From an uncultured delta proteobacterium (GTDB lineage: Bacteria > Desulfobacterota > Binatia > UBA9968): DNA of 64,000 nucleotides. Shown in pieces: positions 29,426-39,550 of this stretch. Within the stretch, counting starts at the first letter, position 1. Each line of letters starts with the position of its first letter. The translations under genes and the position numbers were made by a program. Location of the stretch: contig CAVSHR010000004.1 of the NCBI GenBank assembly GCA_963727625.1, forward strand, positions 160,001 to 224,000. The letters run 5' to 3'. A model generated the notes under the pieces. That model was not told the origin of the DNA. It searched no databases and saw only the letters and a program-made list of their open reading frames with translations.

Positions 29426-30598
29426 ATGGATACAAAGGATAACAGGAAAGTTATAGCGCAGTTGGTGTCGCCTTATTTATTTCTAACCGGGAGTTGGATT
29501 TACAGCCAGATCACAAACGTTAATGGCTATTGCCAAATCGTATTGACCAATAGGACAGAACATTTGGATATTTTCCCGTTCGAACCCATTTTTGCATATG
29601 ACAGTTTGTCTATCCTGCAGAAGGTGTGGCTTCGGCTAATTGATAGCGGTGGGTTCAAAGATGTGTACAAAAACTCATATTTCAGCATTCTTAAGAGATA
29701 CGCCGTGTCCTTAATGCACTGTCATTTTGGGTATTGCGGAGTAGAGTTTTTGGGATTGAAAAATAAACTGCAATTGCCGCTGGTGACAAGTTTTTATGGA
29801 GCGGATATGTCCTTGTTGCCGCGAGACCCGATCTGGAGAGATAGAATGTCAGTGTTGTTTGACGAAGGAGATCTGTTTCTGGTTGAGGGCGCACAAATGA
29901 AGGCAGCGCTCGTTGAACTGGGCTGCCCGGAATCTCGACTCGTAGTACAACATCTCGGCGTCGATCTTGACGTCCTTCCGATGTTACCCCGACAAATGGG
30001 TGCGGACGGTATGATTCGCATTCTCGTTGCGGGAACGTTCCGAGAAAAAAAAGGTATCACGTATGCTCTCGAAGCTTTTGCCCGGGTGAGGCAGAAACAC
30101 AAAAACATCCGGCTTACTTTGATGGGCGACGCTAGCGACGCTCCGAGGGACCAGGCAGAAAAGCAAAGAATTTTTGAGGTGCTTGACACGCATAACCTTG
30201 GTGAATCCGTAACCTTGCTTGGGTTCCAACCGCATGCGGTGTTTCTTAAGGAGTTATTGAGACATCATCTCTTACTCAGTCCCAGCGTGTTAAGCAAGGA
30301 CGGCGATAGCGAAGGCGGTGCGCCGGTGAGCATTACGGAGGCTCAGGCAACCGGCATGCCTGTAGTCTCTACGTTCCATGCCGATATTCCCGAAGTGGTC
30401 GTCGACGGAAAAACTGGCTTGCTCAGCCCTGAACGTGATCTTGAAGCCTTGACCGACAACCTAGAATTTCTAGTAGCTCACCCAGAGGGTTGGGGAAAAA
30501 TGGGACAACAAGGCAGATCGCACATTGAGAATGAGTACGACGTTAAAATCCTCGCAAGAAAGCTTCAAACCTTATATTCAAGGGTATTGTCAACGTAG
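29426..30598 (+). CDS. GT4 glycosyltransferase (WcaL-like)
   Basis: HCHFG, FREKKG, DGDSEGGAPVSITEAQATG, HADIPEVV. Confidence 0.9.
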   Translation: MDTKDNRKVIAQLVSPYLFLTGSWIYSQITNVNGYCQIVLTNRTEHLDIFPFEPIFAYDSLSILQKVWLRLIDSGGFKDVYKNSYFSILKRYAVSLMHCHFGYCGVEFLGLKNKLQLPLVTSFYGADMSLLPRDPIWRDRMSVLFDEGDLFLVEGAQMKAALVELGCPESRLVVQHLGVDLDVLPMLPRQMGADGMIRILVAGTFREKKGITYALEAFARVRQKHKNIRLTLMGDASDAPRDQAEKQRIFEVLDTHNLGESVTLLGFQPHAVFLKELLRHHLLLSPSVLSKDGDSEGGAPVSITEAQATGMPVVSTFHADIPEVVVDGKTGLLSPERDLEALTDNLEFLVAHPEGWGKMGQQGRSHIENEYDVKILARKLQTLYSRVLST

Positions 30599-30723
30599 AA
30601 GGGTTGAACAACGTTGGATTGGGTGCATGATTTCACAGCGAAGCGTTTAGGTTTGAGCAACAATCGTAATGGCGGTTTCACCTGGGAAGATATGCACCGA
30701 CGAGAGCGGACCAAGGGAAACGA

Positions 30724-31902
30724 ATGAAAGAAACAACTCGCAAGTCTTGCAATTACAAAAACGAGTTTTTGGTCTTCGGAAGTCCGGCCATCGAAGAAAC
30801 AGAGATTGACGAGGTCGTAGATACAATACGTTCGGGTTGGCTTGGAACGGGGCCGAAGGTTGACAGATTCGAATCCATGTTCAAGGAATATACGGGCGCT
30901 AAATATGCTATGGCCCTGAATTCGTGTACGGCGGGCTTGCATCTTTCGATGATTGTCGCCGGCATCAAGCATGGAGACGAAGTGATTACCACACCCATGA
31001 CTTTCTGCGCAACCGCGAATGCGATTATTCACGCGGGGGCAAAGCCTGTGTTCGTGGATGTCGATCGCAGTACGATGAATATAGATCCCAAACTCATTGA
31101 GCGGGCAGTGACCGCCCGAACCAGGGCTATCCTGCCCGTTCACATGGCTGGCCGTCCTTGCGAAATGGACGTTATCAGTGATATCGCCCGCCGCCACCGC
31201 CTCGCCGTTATCGAAGATGCCGCCCATTGCGTTGAGGGCACTTACAAAGGGAGAATAATAGGTAATATTGGCGACATCACGTGTTTCAGTTTTTACGTGA
31301 CTAAGAATGTCGTTACGGGCGAAGGTGGAATGGTAACAACCAACCATAAGGAGTGGGCGGAAAAACTCAAGATGTATGCCCTGCACGGAATGAGCCACGA
31401 TGCTTGGAAGCGCTATTCAGACGAAGGTTTCAAGCATTATCAAGTCGTATTTCCAGGGTTTAAATACAACATGATGGACATCCAGGCAGCCCTTGGGATT
31501 CATCAGCTGCGGCGAGTTGGAATCAATCACAGGCGGAGAGAGATTATTTGGAAGAAATACGATAAAGCGTTCGTTGGTCTTCCTGTCTGGACGCCTGCGC
31601 CCGCCGAGCCAAACACCACTCACGCGCGACATCTCTATACCCTCCTGATTGATTTAGACAAAATTAATAAGTCGCGTGACGAAGTGCAGAGGCGGTTGTT
31701 TGATATGAAAATCGGGACCGGCATTCATTTCACGGCTTTGCATTTGCACGAGTATTATCGAGAGACTTACGGGCTCAAACGGGGGGATTTTCCGAACGCT
31801 GAATTCATCTCCGATCGTACGCTTTCTCTGCCCCTCTCAGCAAAACTTGGCGACGAAGACGTGGAAAGAGTCATTAAGGCGGTCCGACAAGTTTTATCCT
31901 GA
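30724..31902 (+). CDS. DegT/DnrJ/EryC1/StrS nucleotide-sugar aminotransferase
   Basis: SGWLGTGP, NSCTAGL, EDAAH, SFYVTKN...GEGG. Confidence 0.93.
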   Translation: MKETTRKSCNYKNEFLVFGSPAIEETEIDEVVDTIRSGWLGTGPKVDRFESMFKEYTGAKYAMALNSCTAGLHLSMIVAGIKHGDEVITTPMTFCATANAIIHAGAKPVFVDVDRSTMNIDPKLIERAVTARTRAILPVHMAGRPCEMDVISDIARRHRLAVIEDAAHCVEGTYKGRIIGNIGDITCFSFYVTKNVVTGEGGMVTTNHKEWAEKLKMYALHGMSHDAWKRYSDEGFKHYQVVFPGFKYNMMDIQAALGIHQLRRVGINHRRREIIWKKYDKAFVGLPVWTPAPAEPNTTHARHLYTLLIDLDKINKSRDEVQRRLFDMKIGTGIHFTALHLHEYYRETYGLKRGDFPNAEFISDRTLSLPLSAKLGDEDVERVIKAVRQVLS

Positions 31903-31993
31903 TTCAAGGCGTCCTCAATAGCGCAGTCAAATGAATTAAAATCGCCTACAAGCCGACGTGGCCACGAGACCATAAAGGCGGGCTTCCCTCAAA

Positions 31994-32569
31994 ATGAAAC
32001 ACGCTTACTTGAACGAGTGGAGACAGCGCCTGCGCTATTACTGGCGACGGACGGAGTTAAATTATTTACTGATGCGGGCTCGACTGCGGGGACCTCCGCG
32101 TGTGCTTCTCTACGAATCTGACACGAACGTGGCGATCCTGCGTGCCTTCGGCGCCAAGATCGGGACGTTCGTGCGTGTTCATGCGCCACTAGTGCTCCAT
32201 GCGGCCGAAGATGGCTATGCCAATCTCGACGTCGGTGACGGATGCATACTGAACGGAAATGTTTACCTAGACCTGACCGGCAAGATCACACTGGAGAAAG
32301 GTGTGAGTCTCGGGCCAGGTACCATCCTAATGACCCACAATAGGTTCAACTACAACCCGCTACTCGAGGAGCGACTTGCAAACCAGTGCGGCGTTGCTGA
32401 GGTACTCGTAGAAAGGGGCAGCGGAATTAAGGCAGGCGCAATAGTGAACAAGGGGGTGACGATCGCGGCGAACAGCGTCGTTGCCGCCGGAGCTGTAGTT
32501 ACGCACGATGTTGAAAGTCTCTGCGTCGTCGCGGGCATACCAGCGAAGGTAATTAGTCGAATTGAGTGA
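31994..32569 (+). CDS. left-handed beta-helix acyltransferase
   Basis: Hexapeptide repeats, VAAGAVVTHDV, AGIPAKVI. Confidence 0.85.
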   Translation: MKHAYLNEWRQRLRYYWRRTELNYLLMRARLRGPPRVLLYESDTNVAILRAFGAKIGTFVRVHAPLVLHAAEDGYANLDVGDGCILNGNVYLDLTGKITLEKGVSLGPGTILMTHNRFNYNPLLEERLANQCGVAEVLVERGSGIKAGAIVNKGVTIAANSVVAAGAVVTHDVESLCVVAGIPAKVISRIE

Positions 32570-32681
32570 TCCAAGCGTTCCTGGAGCCATTCCGGGGGCC
32601 GGAGGACGTTTTCTTGAAAGGGGAGGATGGATAAATCGACGATGCCCGGGGACAGTGTAAGTGGGGTGGATAAAATGAACG

Positions 32682-32837
32682 TGTAAGTCAACCCTTTATC
32701 TGACAGTCGGTCGATAAATCCTCCTCGTCAGTTGTTGTTACACCTCCACTCACGCCGCCAGTATCCTTTTCTTTGGCCAATGGGATCGTATCGATGGAAG
32801 TTGCATTGGTGTTTTACCGCAGCACCAGCGACCCTGA
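32682..32837 (-). mobile_element. IS481-family 3' remnant
   Basis: Minus strand QGRWCCGKTPMQ/IDTIPLAKEK then TGTCAGATAAAGGGTTGACTTACA IR-like end. Confidence 0.7.
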
Positions 32838-32992
32838 AACGTAAGCGGAATACGACCGGCGCGTCTAGCGCAGGAAGGGACACTCGAGACGACGGCGACA
32901 AGCCGTCACGCGACTAAATTGCGATTGTAACCTCGACCGACGAAAAAGCGGAGAGCAAAATCTTTTCGAGAGATGGTGCTAAGCTTTCGGAT

Positions 32993-33020
32993 AATTTGGC
33001 GTCCCCGACGGGATTTGAAC
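32993..33020. repeat. att site: 28-bp direct repeat of the tRNA-Glu 3' end
   Basis: AATTTGGCGTCCCCGACGGGATTTGAAC identical to 39123-39150. Confidence 0.92.
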
Positions 33021-33093
33021 TTGAAACGGTTAATTTTGATGATGTGAGTGAAGGGACCGAAGTCATTGATATATTTGCGCTAAGGAAGCCTAG

Positions 33094-34578
33094 CAGCCCG
33101 TGGTGAAAGTCGAGAATGAAGTGGGAGAGTGATGGAGAGTAGTCGACAGGAACGATAGATCGTGTAGAATTTTTTGCATGGCGATGGGACAACGAAAACA
33201 CGAAGAGCAGAGAGCGATGTGGGTGGGAGTGAGCGAGCTGCCGAAGTCTGTGAGCCACCCGTTCTACGAGAAGCTCAACGGGTTATTGGCCAAGCATGGG
33301 TTCGACGAGTTTGTCGAAGCGCAGTGCCGGGCGTTCTATGCCGAGAAGATGGGGCGGCCCAGTCTGGCGCCTGGACGATATTTCCGTTTTCTATTACTTG
33401 GCTACTTCGAATGCCTGGACTCTGAACGCGCCATGGCGTGGCGCGCGGCGGACTCCTCGGGAGTGCGATCGTTCCTTGAGCTGGGGCTGACCGAGTGTGC
33501 ACCGGATCATTCGACGATATCGCGGACTCGGCGATTGATCGATTTGGAAACCCATCGGACGGTGTTCACATGGGTACTTCAGTGTCTGGGCATCGCCGGA
33601 CTCATCAAAGGGAAAACGCTGGCGATCGATGCTACCACGCTCGAAGCGAACGCGGCCTTGCGCAGCATCGTGCGCCGCGACACCGGGGAGAGCTATAACG
33701 AGTTTTTGACCAAGCTGGCTGAAGAATCCGGCATTGAGACCCCAACGCGAGCCGATCTGGTGAAGTTGGATCGCAAACGTAAGAAGAAAGGATCTAACCA
33801 GGACTGGGAACATCCGCATGACCCCGACGCACGGATCGCCAAGATGAAGGACGGACGGACCCATTTAGCGCACAAAGCCGAGCATGCCGTGGACCTGGAG
33901 ACCGGTGCCATCGTGGCGGTCACGCTGCAGGAAGCCGATCAAGGCGACACGACCACGATCCAGACGACGCTGCCTGAGGCAATCGAGCAATTAGAAGCGG
34001 TGGCTGCGATCATCGACGACAAGGTGAAGATAGGCAAGGAAGTGGTCACCGACAAGGGCTATCACAGTAAGCAAACCGTGCTCGATATGCAGAACCTAGG
34101 ACTGCGCACCTACATCAGTGAACCGGATCGCGGCCGGCAGCACTGGAAGGGTCAGCAGGCTGAGCGTGACGCGGTGTATGCCAATCGGCGGCGCATTCGA
34201 GGCGAGCGTGGGCAGCTATTGATGCGGCAACGAGGTGAGTTGTTAGAGCGACCCAATGCGCATCTCTACGAGACCGGCGGCATGCGCCGGACTCATCTGC
34301 GCGGGCACGGCAATATTCTCAAACGGCTACTCGTGCACGTAGCGGCCTGCAATCTGGGCCTGTGGATGCGCACGTTGACCGGAATTGGAACGCCACGCGG
34401 CCTACAGGGCCGTTTTGCCGCCGTACTGGCTATCTGTTTTACTCTGTGGGTGCTACTGCGCGACCAACTAACCGCTCATCGGCGCCGAGGACTCGACCTG
34501 AGACTATTTGCGCTCCCAAGTCACCGCTTCGCCGCGATCCCATGCGTTTTGTAAAAATCGGACTTCTACCACGGGCTG
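33094..34578 (+). mobile_element. IS5/IS1182-type insertion sequence, copy 2
   Basis: Near-identical to copy 1 (a few SNPs, one A/V change); CTAG target duplication on both sides. Confidence 0.93.
33178..34554 (+). CDS. DDE transposase
   Basis: 458 aa, same as 24699..26075 apart from A to V. Confidence 0.92.
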   Translation: MAMGQRKHEEQRAMWVGVSELPKSVSHPFYEKLNGLLAKHGFDEFVEAQCRAFYAEKMGRPSLAPGRYFRFLLLGYFECLDSERAMAWRAADSSGVRSFLELGLTECAPDHSTISRTRRLIDLETHRTVFTWVLQCLGIAGLIKGKTLAIDATTLEANAALRSIVRRDTGESYNEFLTKLAEESGIETPTRADLVKLDRKRKKKGSNQDWEHPHDPDARIAKMKDGRTHLAHKAEHAVDLETGAIVAVTLQEADQGDTTTIQTTLPEAIEQLEAVAAIIDDKVKIGKEVVTDKGYHSKQTVLDMQNLGLRTYISEPDRGRQHWKGQQAERDAVYANRRRIRGERGQLLMRQRGELLERPNAHLYETGGMRRTHLRGHGNILKRLLVHVAACNLGLWMRTLTGIGTPRGLQGRFAAVLAICFTLWVLLRDQLTAHRRRGLDLRLFALPSHRFAAIPCVL

Positions 34579-35217
34579 CTAGGGGATTGCTGGCGTTATC
34601 CCAATATATCCCGCATATCACCCATCAAATCCCGTAAAAACCGGAACGGTTCCGGTTTATGGCCAGACTAAAAGCCTAACACTTTTGCGCCTGGATTATT
34701 CTTCAAGGCGCGGTGTTGTCGGCGTAAGCCGCGGGGGTGGCATTTAAAAATCGCAACGTAGGCGCCCTCCATCATCACATGGACTCCATGGCCAAAAACA
34801 TCTGAAATTTTTCACCAAATTTTCGAACTCAAAGATCGCGGTCCGTTGAATGCCGTTCAAAAATAGACCGTAACTAGTCCGCAAACAAAACGGGGAAGCC
34901 CAACAAAACCAAGCCCTGAGAGCTGCCGACGATCGTGGTTTTTGAGGCTTGTCGTTTCAGGTACGCGGACAAAAGAAGGACAGACGGATTTTTTGTAGGC
35001 TCGAATTGAGTCGATGGAGAATAAAGCTCGAGCCTAGCTAGTGGCTCTCACGGTCTAAAAACCAATCTGCAAGAATCGCCGAACTCGAAAGACAATTATC
35101 TGAACACTTTATCCGCCCGCGCCAGTACGTCCGGCGGAATCGCCAGGCCGATTTGCTCGGCGGTGATGAGATTGATCCCGAAATCAAACCTCATTGGCTA
35201 CTTCGTGGGGAGATCAG

Positions 35218-35563
35218 CGCACGTTAAAGATCATTGCCGCTATGGAAGATCCAGCAGTGATTGTCAGAATCCTCACTCATCCGGCCCTCCCTCCTCGCGC
35301 CCCGCGCGTGTCCCGGCCCAGCAATTCGATCTATTCCAAACGACCAGAGAGCCGAAAACCGGTTGCCAACAAAGCCGACGGAGCTGCTCACTCTGAGTTC
35401 GAGCGAGCAGCGCTATATGGAATCTGTCACGCGCGCCCGACCGCTACGCGGCCCGAGCCAGCCAAAGCAACTCGGGATCTTTATCAAATAGATGGGGATT
35501 GACAACTCTCCGGTCCGACGCTATGGCTCGGGCTAGAAAAATAGGTGGTTTAAATGTCCTATA
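35218..35563 (+). mobile_element. IS91/ISCR-family 3' remnant with oriIS
   Basis: LKIIAAMEDPAVIVRILTH...PPRAP C-terminal motif; GTGGTTTAAATGTCCTATA (35545-35563) resembles ISCR oriIS. Confidence 0.72.
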
Positions 35564-35568
35564 ACATC

Positions 35569-36846
35569 ATGGAGAGCAATCCGTCTGTGGAATTCTCCCA
35601 GAAGCCACGAAAACTTCCTATTATCGCGCTAGCTACTACCGTTTGGAATGGCCAGTGGATGAACCGTCAGCAAATTCTGTCGCGATTGGCCCAGCGCGGC
35701 TGGCCGATCATTTATTCCAATGGAGTTCTATCCGTTACGCAGCGCCAATCAGAAGATTTCAAGAATGCACCTTGGTTGGGTAGCGTTGAAACGCTCAACG
35801 GAGTGACCGTCGTTAACGCGAACAAGTTACCGGCGCGCTGGCCGCGATATCCGCGATGGGACCGGCATGTGTTGCGCCGGCATGCCAGACGGCTGAAGGC
35901 GCTTCGGCCAAATCTGGATTTCTCGAATTTGATCTGCTACGTGTTCAATTCGGATTACTGGCCCTATGTCGAGCACCTCGGTCCCAAGTATCTGGTCTAT
36001 CACGTCTACGATCAGTTCGAATTGATGGGCGAGCCATCTTACAGTCTTGAGCGGGATCAGCTGGAACTGGCCAGACGAGCCGATCTACGGATAGCATCCT
36101 TCCACGGAATGGTTAGCTCCCTTCCCGATGACATCCGGAAGAGCTTCCGCGAGTTGCCGAACGCCGCTGACGGACTACGGTTTGCCGCTGCAGACGGCTT
36201 CCCCTGTCCGGAGGACTTGGCCATAATCCCGCGCCCCCGGATCGGATACGTCGGAAGCATCAACCCGAAAGTGCACTTCAATCTCGTTCTGCAGATCGCT
36301 AGAGAGCGTCCGGATTGGCATTGGGTGTTTGTAGGCGCGTCTCATCTTGAGAACAGGGCAAGAACGGGATTATTTGAGCAGAGTTCGCGAGTCTGGCACG
36401 AGTGTCTCCGCCTTTCCAATGTGCACCATCTGGGCTATCGCAGAACAGAGGATATTCCGGTCTATGTGAAACATATGGATGTCAACGTTCTCTGCTACAG
36501 GACAGATGAGGGAGGGTGGTGGCGGACAATTTCCCCCCTGAAATTACACGAGCAATTGGCGGTAGGAAAACCGGTAATTTCCTCACCAGTAGAGGCAGTC
36601 CTACCTTTTCGCAAGGTCGTAGCATTTGCAGACGATGCATCAGAATGGATCAAAGCGCTATCCGAGGCAATAGACGGCCGGGGCGCAGGAACACCGGTAG
36701 AACGCCGGGTCGTCGCCCTACAAAATAGTTGGAACCGGCGCGTGGACGTATTGGAAAACTGGTTGCAGGACATGATCGAAAGCCGTCCCTACCCCATGGA
36801 TTATAAGGCGACGGACCAACAATCGACGAGCCCGTGCCTGCTGTGA
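35569..36846 (+). CDS. GT4-like glycosyltransferase (TuaH-like)
   Basis: WMNRQQILSRLA, PRIGYVGSI, SPLKLHEQLAVGKPVIS; tracked ATG 35554 lies inside oriIS, so ATG 35569 is preferred. Confidence 0.85.
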   Translation: MESNPSVEFSQKPRKLPIIALATTVWNGQWMNRQQILSRLAQRGWPIIYSNGVLSVTQRQSEDFKNAPWLGSVETLNGVTVVNANKLPARWPRYPRWDRHVLRRHARRLKALRPNLDFSNLICYVFNSDYWPYVEHLGPKYLVYHVYDQFELMGEPSYSLERDQLELARRADLRIASFHGMVSSLPDDIRKSFRELPNAADGLRFAAADGFPCPEDLAIIPRPRIGYVGSINPKVHFNLVLQIARERPDWHWVFVGASHLENRARTGLFEQSSRVWHECLRLSNVHHLGYRRTEDIPVYVKHMDVNVLCYRTDEGGWWRTISPLKLHEQLAVGKPVISSPVEAVLPFRKVVAFADDASEWIKALSEAIDGRGAGTPVERRVVALQNSWNRRVDVLENWLQDMIESRPYPMDYKATDQQSTSPCLL

Positions 36847-36998
36847 ATGGCCTAGCGCATGAATCGGCCGATTAGGAACGAGCGCAGGCAATCGCGACCA
36901 CCTAGCGCCGAGCGCTTGATGCGCTCCCGGCGTGCGGTGGCGAGGCTGTTGACCCTGTACTACCATGCTGCGGATCGCAGCCGCGATCGGAGGAGTCC

Positions 36999-37985
36999 GT
37001 GGAAACTTACAAGGCGACGATCGTAGTCGTGCCGCGCGACCACTTCAGCGATACGAAGGAGTCCCTCGAAAGCCTGAATGCGTTTACTGATCCGTCCTGC
37101 CCGCTGGTTTACGTGGACGGCAATTCGCCGTCAGGGATTGCCCGATATCTGAGGGAACAGGCGCGCACACGGAACTTCAAGTTGCTGCGCTACGACCACT
37201 ACCTCACACCCAATCAGGCGCGCAATGTAGGCGCCAGCCACGCGGACACCCGGTACGTCGTATTCCTCGACAATGATGTCATTGTGTCGCCGGGCTGGCT
37301 TCTGCCGCTTATCGATTGCGCTGATTCCACCAATGCTGCTGTGGTTGGGCCGCTCAATTATGAAGGGCGTCCGATTCACCGAACGGTCCATTTCGCCGGT
37401 GGCGAGACCCGGATCGTCGACATCACGGAGGATGGCGTGCCCCGCCGACACCTCGTCGACGAAATTCACAAGGAGTCCATTCCGGAAGGCAGCGTACTAA
37501 CTGCCCTTGCGGAATTCCATTGCATGCTGGTGCGGACCGATGTCTTTCACCGCCTCGGAGGCCTCGACGAACGCGTGCTGAGCACCCGGGAGCACATCGA
37601 CTTTTGCCTGACGGTCCAGCAAGCAGGCGAACAGATTTACTTCGAGCCCCGCTCCCGGATCACTTTTCTCCCTCCAGCTCCCCTGAGGCTGTCGGACGTA
37701 CCCTATTTCGCCCTGCGATGGAGTGATCTCTGGGACGCAGCAAGCTTTCAGCATCTTCAAAAAAAATGGGGGCTCGAAGAGGATACGTATTTTGTCCGCC
37801 GGTATCAAAACCTAGGCTGGCGGCGGCGAGAAGTTCTGATGTGCGAGGGGTTGCTGCGGTGGCTGGTTTCCTGGCGCGTTCGCATTGCTGCCGAACGGCT
37901 TTTGCATCCGCTCGAACGGCGTGTCAATAACCTGATTGCCCGGCGCCATGCCAGGCGGTATGGCAATCCTTCGTCTACTTCGTAA
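36999..37985 (+). CDS. GT2 glycosyltransferase
   Basis: GGAGG SD; VDGNS, ARNVG, FLDNDV, EFHCMLVR, EHIDFC. Confidence 0.88.
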   Translation: METYKATIVVVPRDHFSDTKESLESLNAFTDPSCPLVYVDGNSPSGIARYLREQARTRNFKLLRYDHYLTPNQARNVGASHADTRYVVFLDNDVIVSPGWLLPLIDCADSTNAAVVGPLNYEGRPIHRTVHFAGGETRIVDITEDGVPRRHLVDEIHKESIPEGSVLTALAEFHCMLVRTDVFHRLGGLDERVLSTREHIDFCLTVQQAGEQIYFEPRSRITFLPPAPLRLSDVPYFALRWSDLWDAASFQHLQKKWGLEEDTYFVRRYQNLGWRRREVLMCEGLLRWLVSWRVRIAAERLLHPLERRVNNLIARRHARRYGNPSSTS

Positions 37986-38063
37986 GCCGCCGAAAGCACC
38001 ACACCTGATGTCGATTCCGGGGATGTCGTACAAGGTCATTATGACGGGGATCGCGCTCCTTAC

Positions 38064-38162
38064 CGGCCGGCGATCGCCAACGAACGGCGCAAATGTAATC
38101 GCCCCGGCCAAGTCGTGTTGCAACTGAAGAGTCCTTACAAAGACGGCACCACCCATGTGGTA
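38064..38162 (+). mobile_element. IS91/ISCR transposase internal fragment
   Basis: RPAIANERRKCNRPGQVVLQLKSPYKDGTTHVV. Confidence 0.75.
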
Positions 38163-38292
38163 CGGACATGTAAGGGCCGCAGGCTACTTTGCCGAATCGT
38201 TGCACCACGGTCAGCGTGAGAGTCTTGGACCAGATTGCGTTCTTAGAGCGCAGCCTGGCCTTTTTTTCTAGTTAAGCTTTCTCGGCCGTCTC

Positions 38293-39063
38293 GTGACTTT
38301 CGTGTTCGGGCCCAGCTTGGCTTTTACTTTCGCCTCGTACTTATTATCGCATCTCACCCGTTTCTTTTCCTTGAGTTCGCCAGCTTCTTGTCTTCGGTAC
38401 CGGACCGCTGCGGCGGCTGGAAGACTCCGCTTGCACGTGCTTGAATGGAGGAATCAACCGACTAATGACCTTGACCTGTTTACTGACGAAGAACGCGACA
38501 AAATTCTGGAGTTCTACCGTGACAACCGGCCATTTAAGGCTTACGTTTTTGTTCACAATCAGTTTTGGACGGGTATGCGGCCGAGTGAAGCAGTTGCCCT
38601 GCGTCGTGGTAAAGTGAATCTTACGAACGGCACGGCGATGATTGTGAGGTCCAGGCAATTAGGTGCCGAAGACGCACCAAAAGGACGCGCAAGCAGGCGA
38701 GCAGACAAGCTCTTGGCGAACGTTATCGACCTTCTGAAGATCACTGAAACCCTACACCAGCAGCCCGATGACTACGTATACACAGACGAGCAGGGTAGGC
38801 CAATTGATCAATCAGAATTTGTGCGAAGCTTCCAGGGAGTGTTGCGGGTTCTGCACATCAGACCACGGCTATTCTACAACACCCGACATACTTATATCAG
38901 CGTTGCCCTAACCGCTGGTTGCAATTTCAAGTGGATAGCAGAGCAATGCGGAACATCGGTGCTTATGATTCAGGAGAATTACGGCAAGTATATCCGTAGC
39001 GATGGCGATGCACCGATGCTCGCTTATTTGTCGCAATCAAAAGACAATAACAAAGCATTGTAA
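38293..39063 (+). pseudogene. tyrosine integrase, catalytic C-terminal part only
   Basis: TGMRPSE, YNTRHT, ENYGKY; N-terminal binding domain absent; next to tRNA-Glu. Confidence 0.82.
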
Positions 39064-39126
39064 AGGAAAAAACCGAAACGTAAGCGAAATTTTCTCAATT
39101 GCCGGCTCTAAGTACGCGGAAAAATT

Positions 39127-39204
39127 TGGCGTCCCCGACGGGATTTGAACCCGTGTTATCGGCGTGAAAGGCCGGTGTCCTGGGCCGAGCTAGACGACGG
39201 GGAC
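39127..39204 (-). tRNA. tRNA-Glu (UUC)
   Basis: GTCCCCG...CT-TTC-AC anticodon loop, GGTTCAAATCC T-arm, 3' CCA encoded. Confidence 0.95.
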
Positions 39205-39208
39205 GCGA

Positions 39209-39284
39209 TGGTGAGCCGTGCTGGATTCGAACCAGCGACCCTCTGCTTAAAAGGCAGATGCTCTACCGCCTGAGCTAACGGCTC
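39209..39284 (-). tRNA. tRNA-Lys (UUU)
   Basis: GAGCCGT...TCTGC-CTTTTAA-GCAGA anticodon arm, GGTTCGAATCC, CCA. Confidence 0.96.
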
Positions 39285-39550
39285 GCTGGCGGATTCGGAA
39301 CCCTATTTTCATAGCGGGAATGCTTCGCTAAGTCAAACAATCGGCCCCAATTTGGCCGCAAAAATCGTTCGAGAATCAAAGCCTTACACCGCGCGAAATG
39401 AGCGGCCCGGGGGCTCTAAATCAGCTCGGAGGCGAATTAAGTTCGTGTCGTGTGTTCGTGGATCGTTTACTCAAAACATCATGATCACGGGTCACGAGCA
39501 CGGCCGTCGATGCGGTGAACCAAAGAACGCAGACCCAATCGGGTCGCAGT

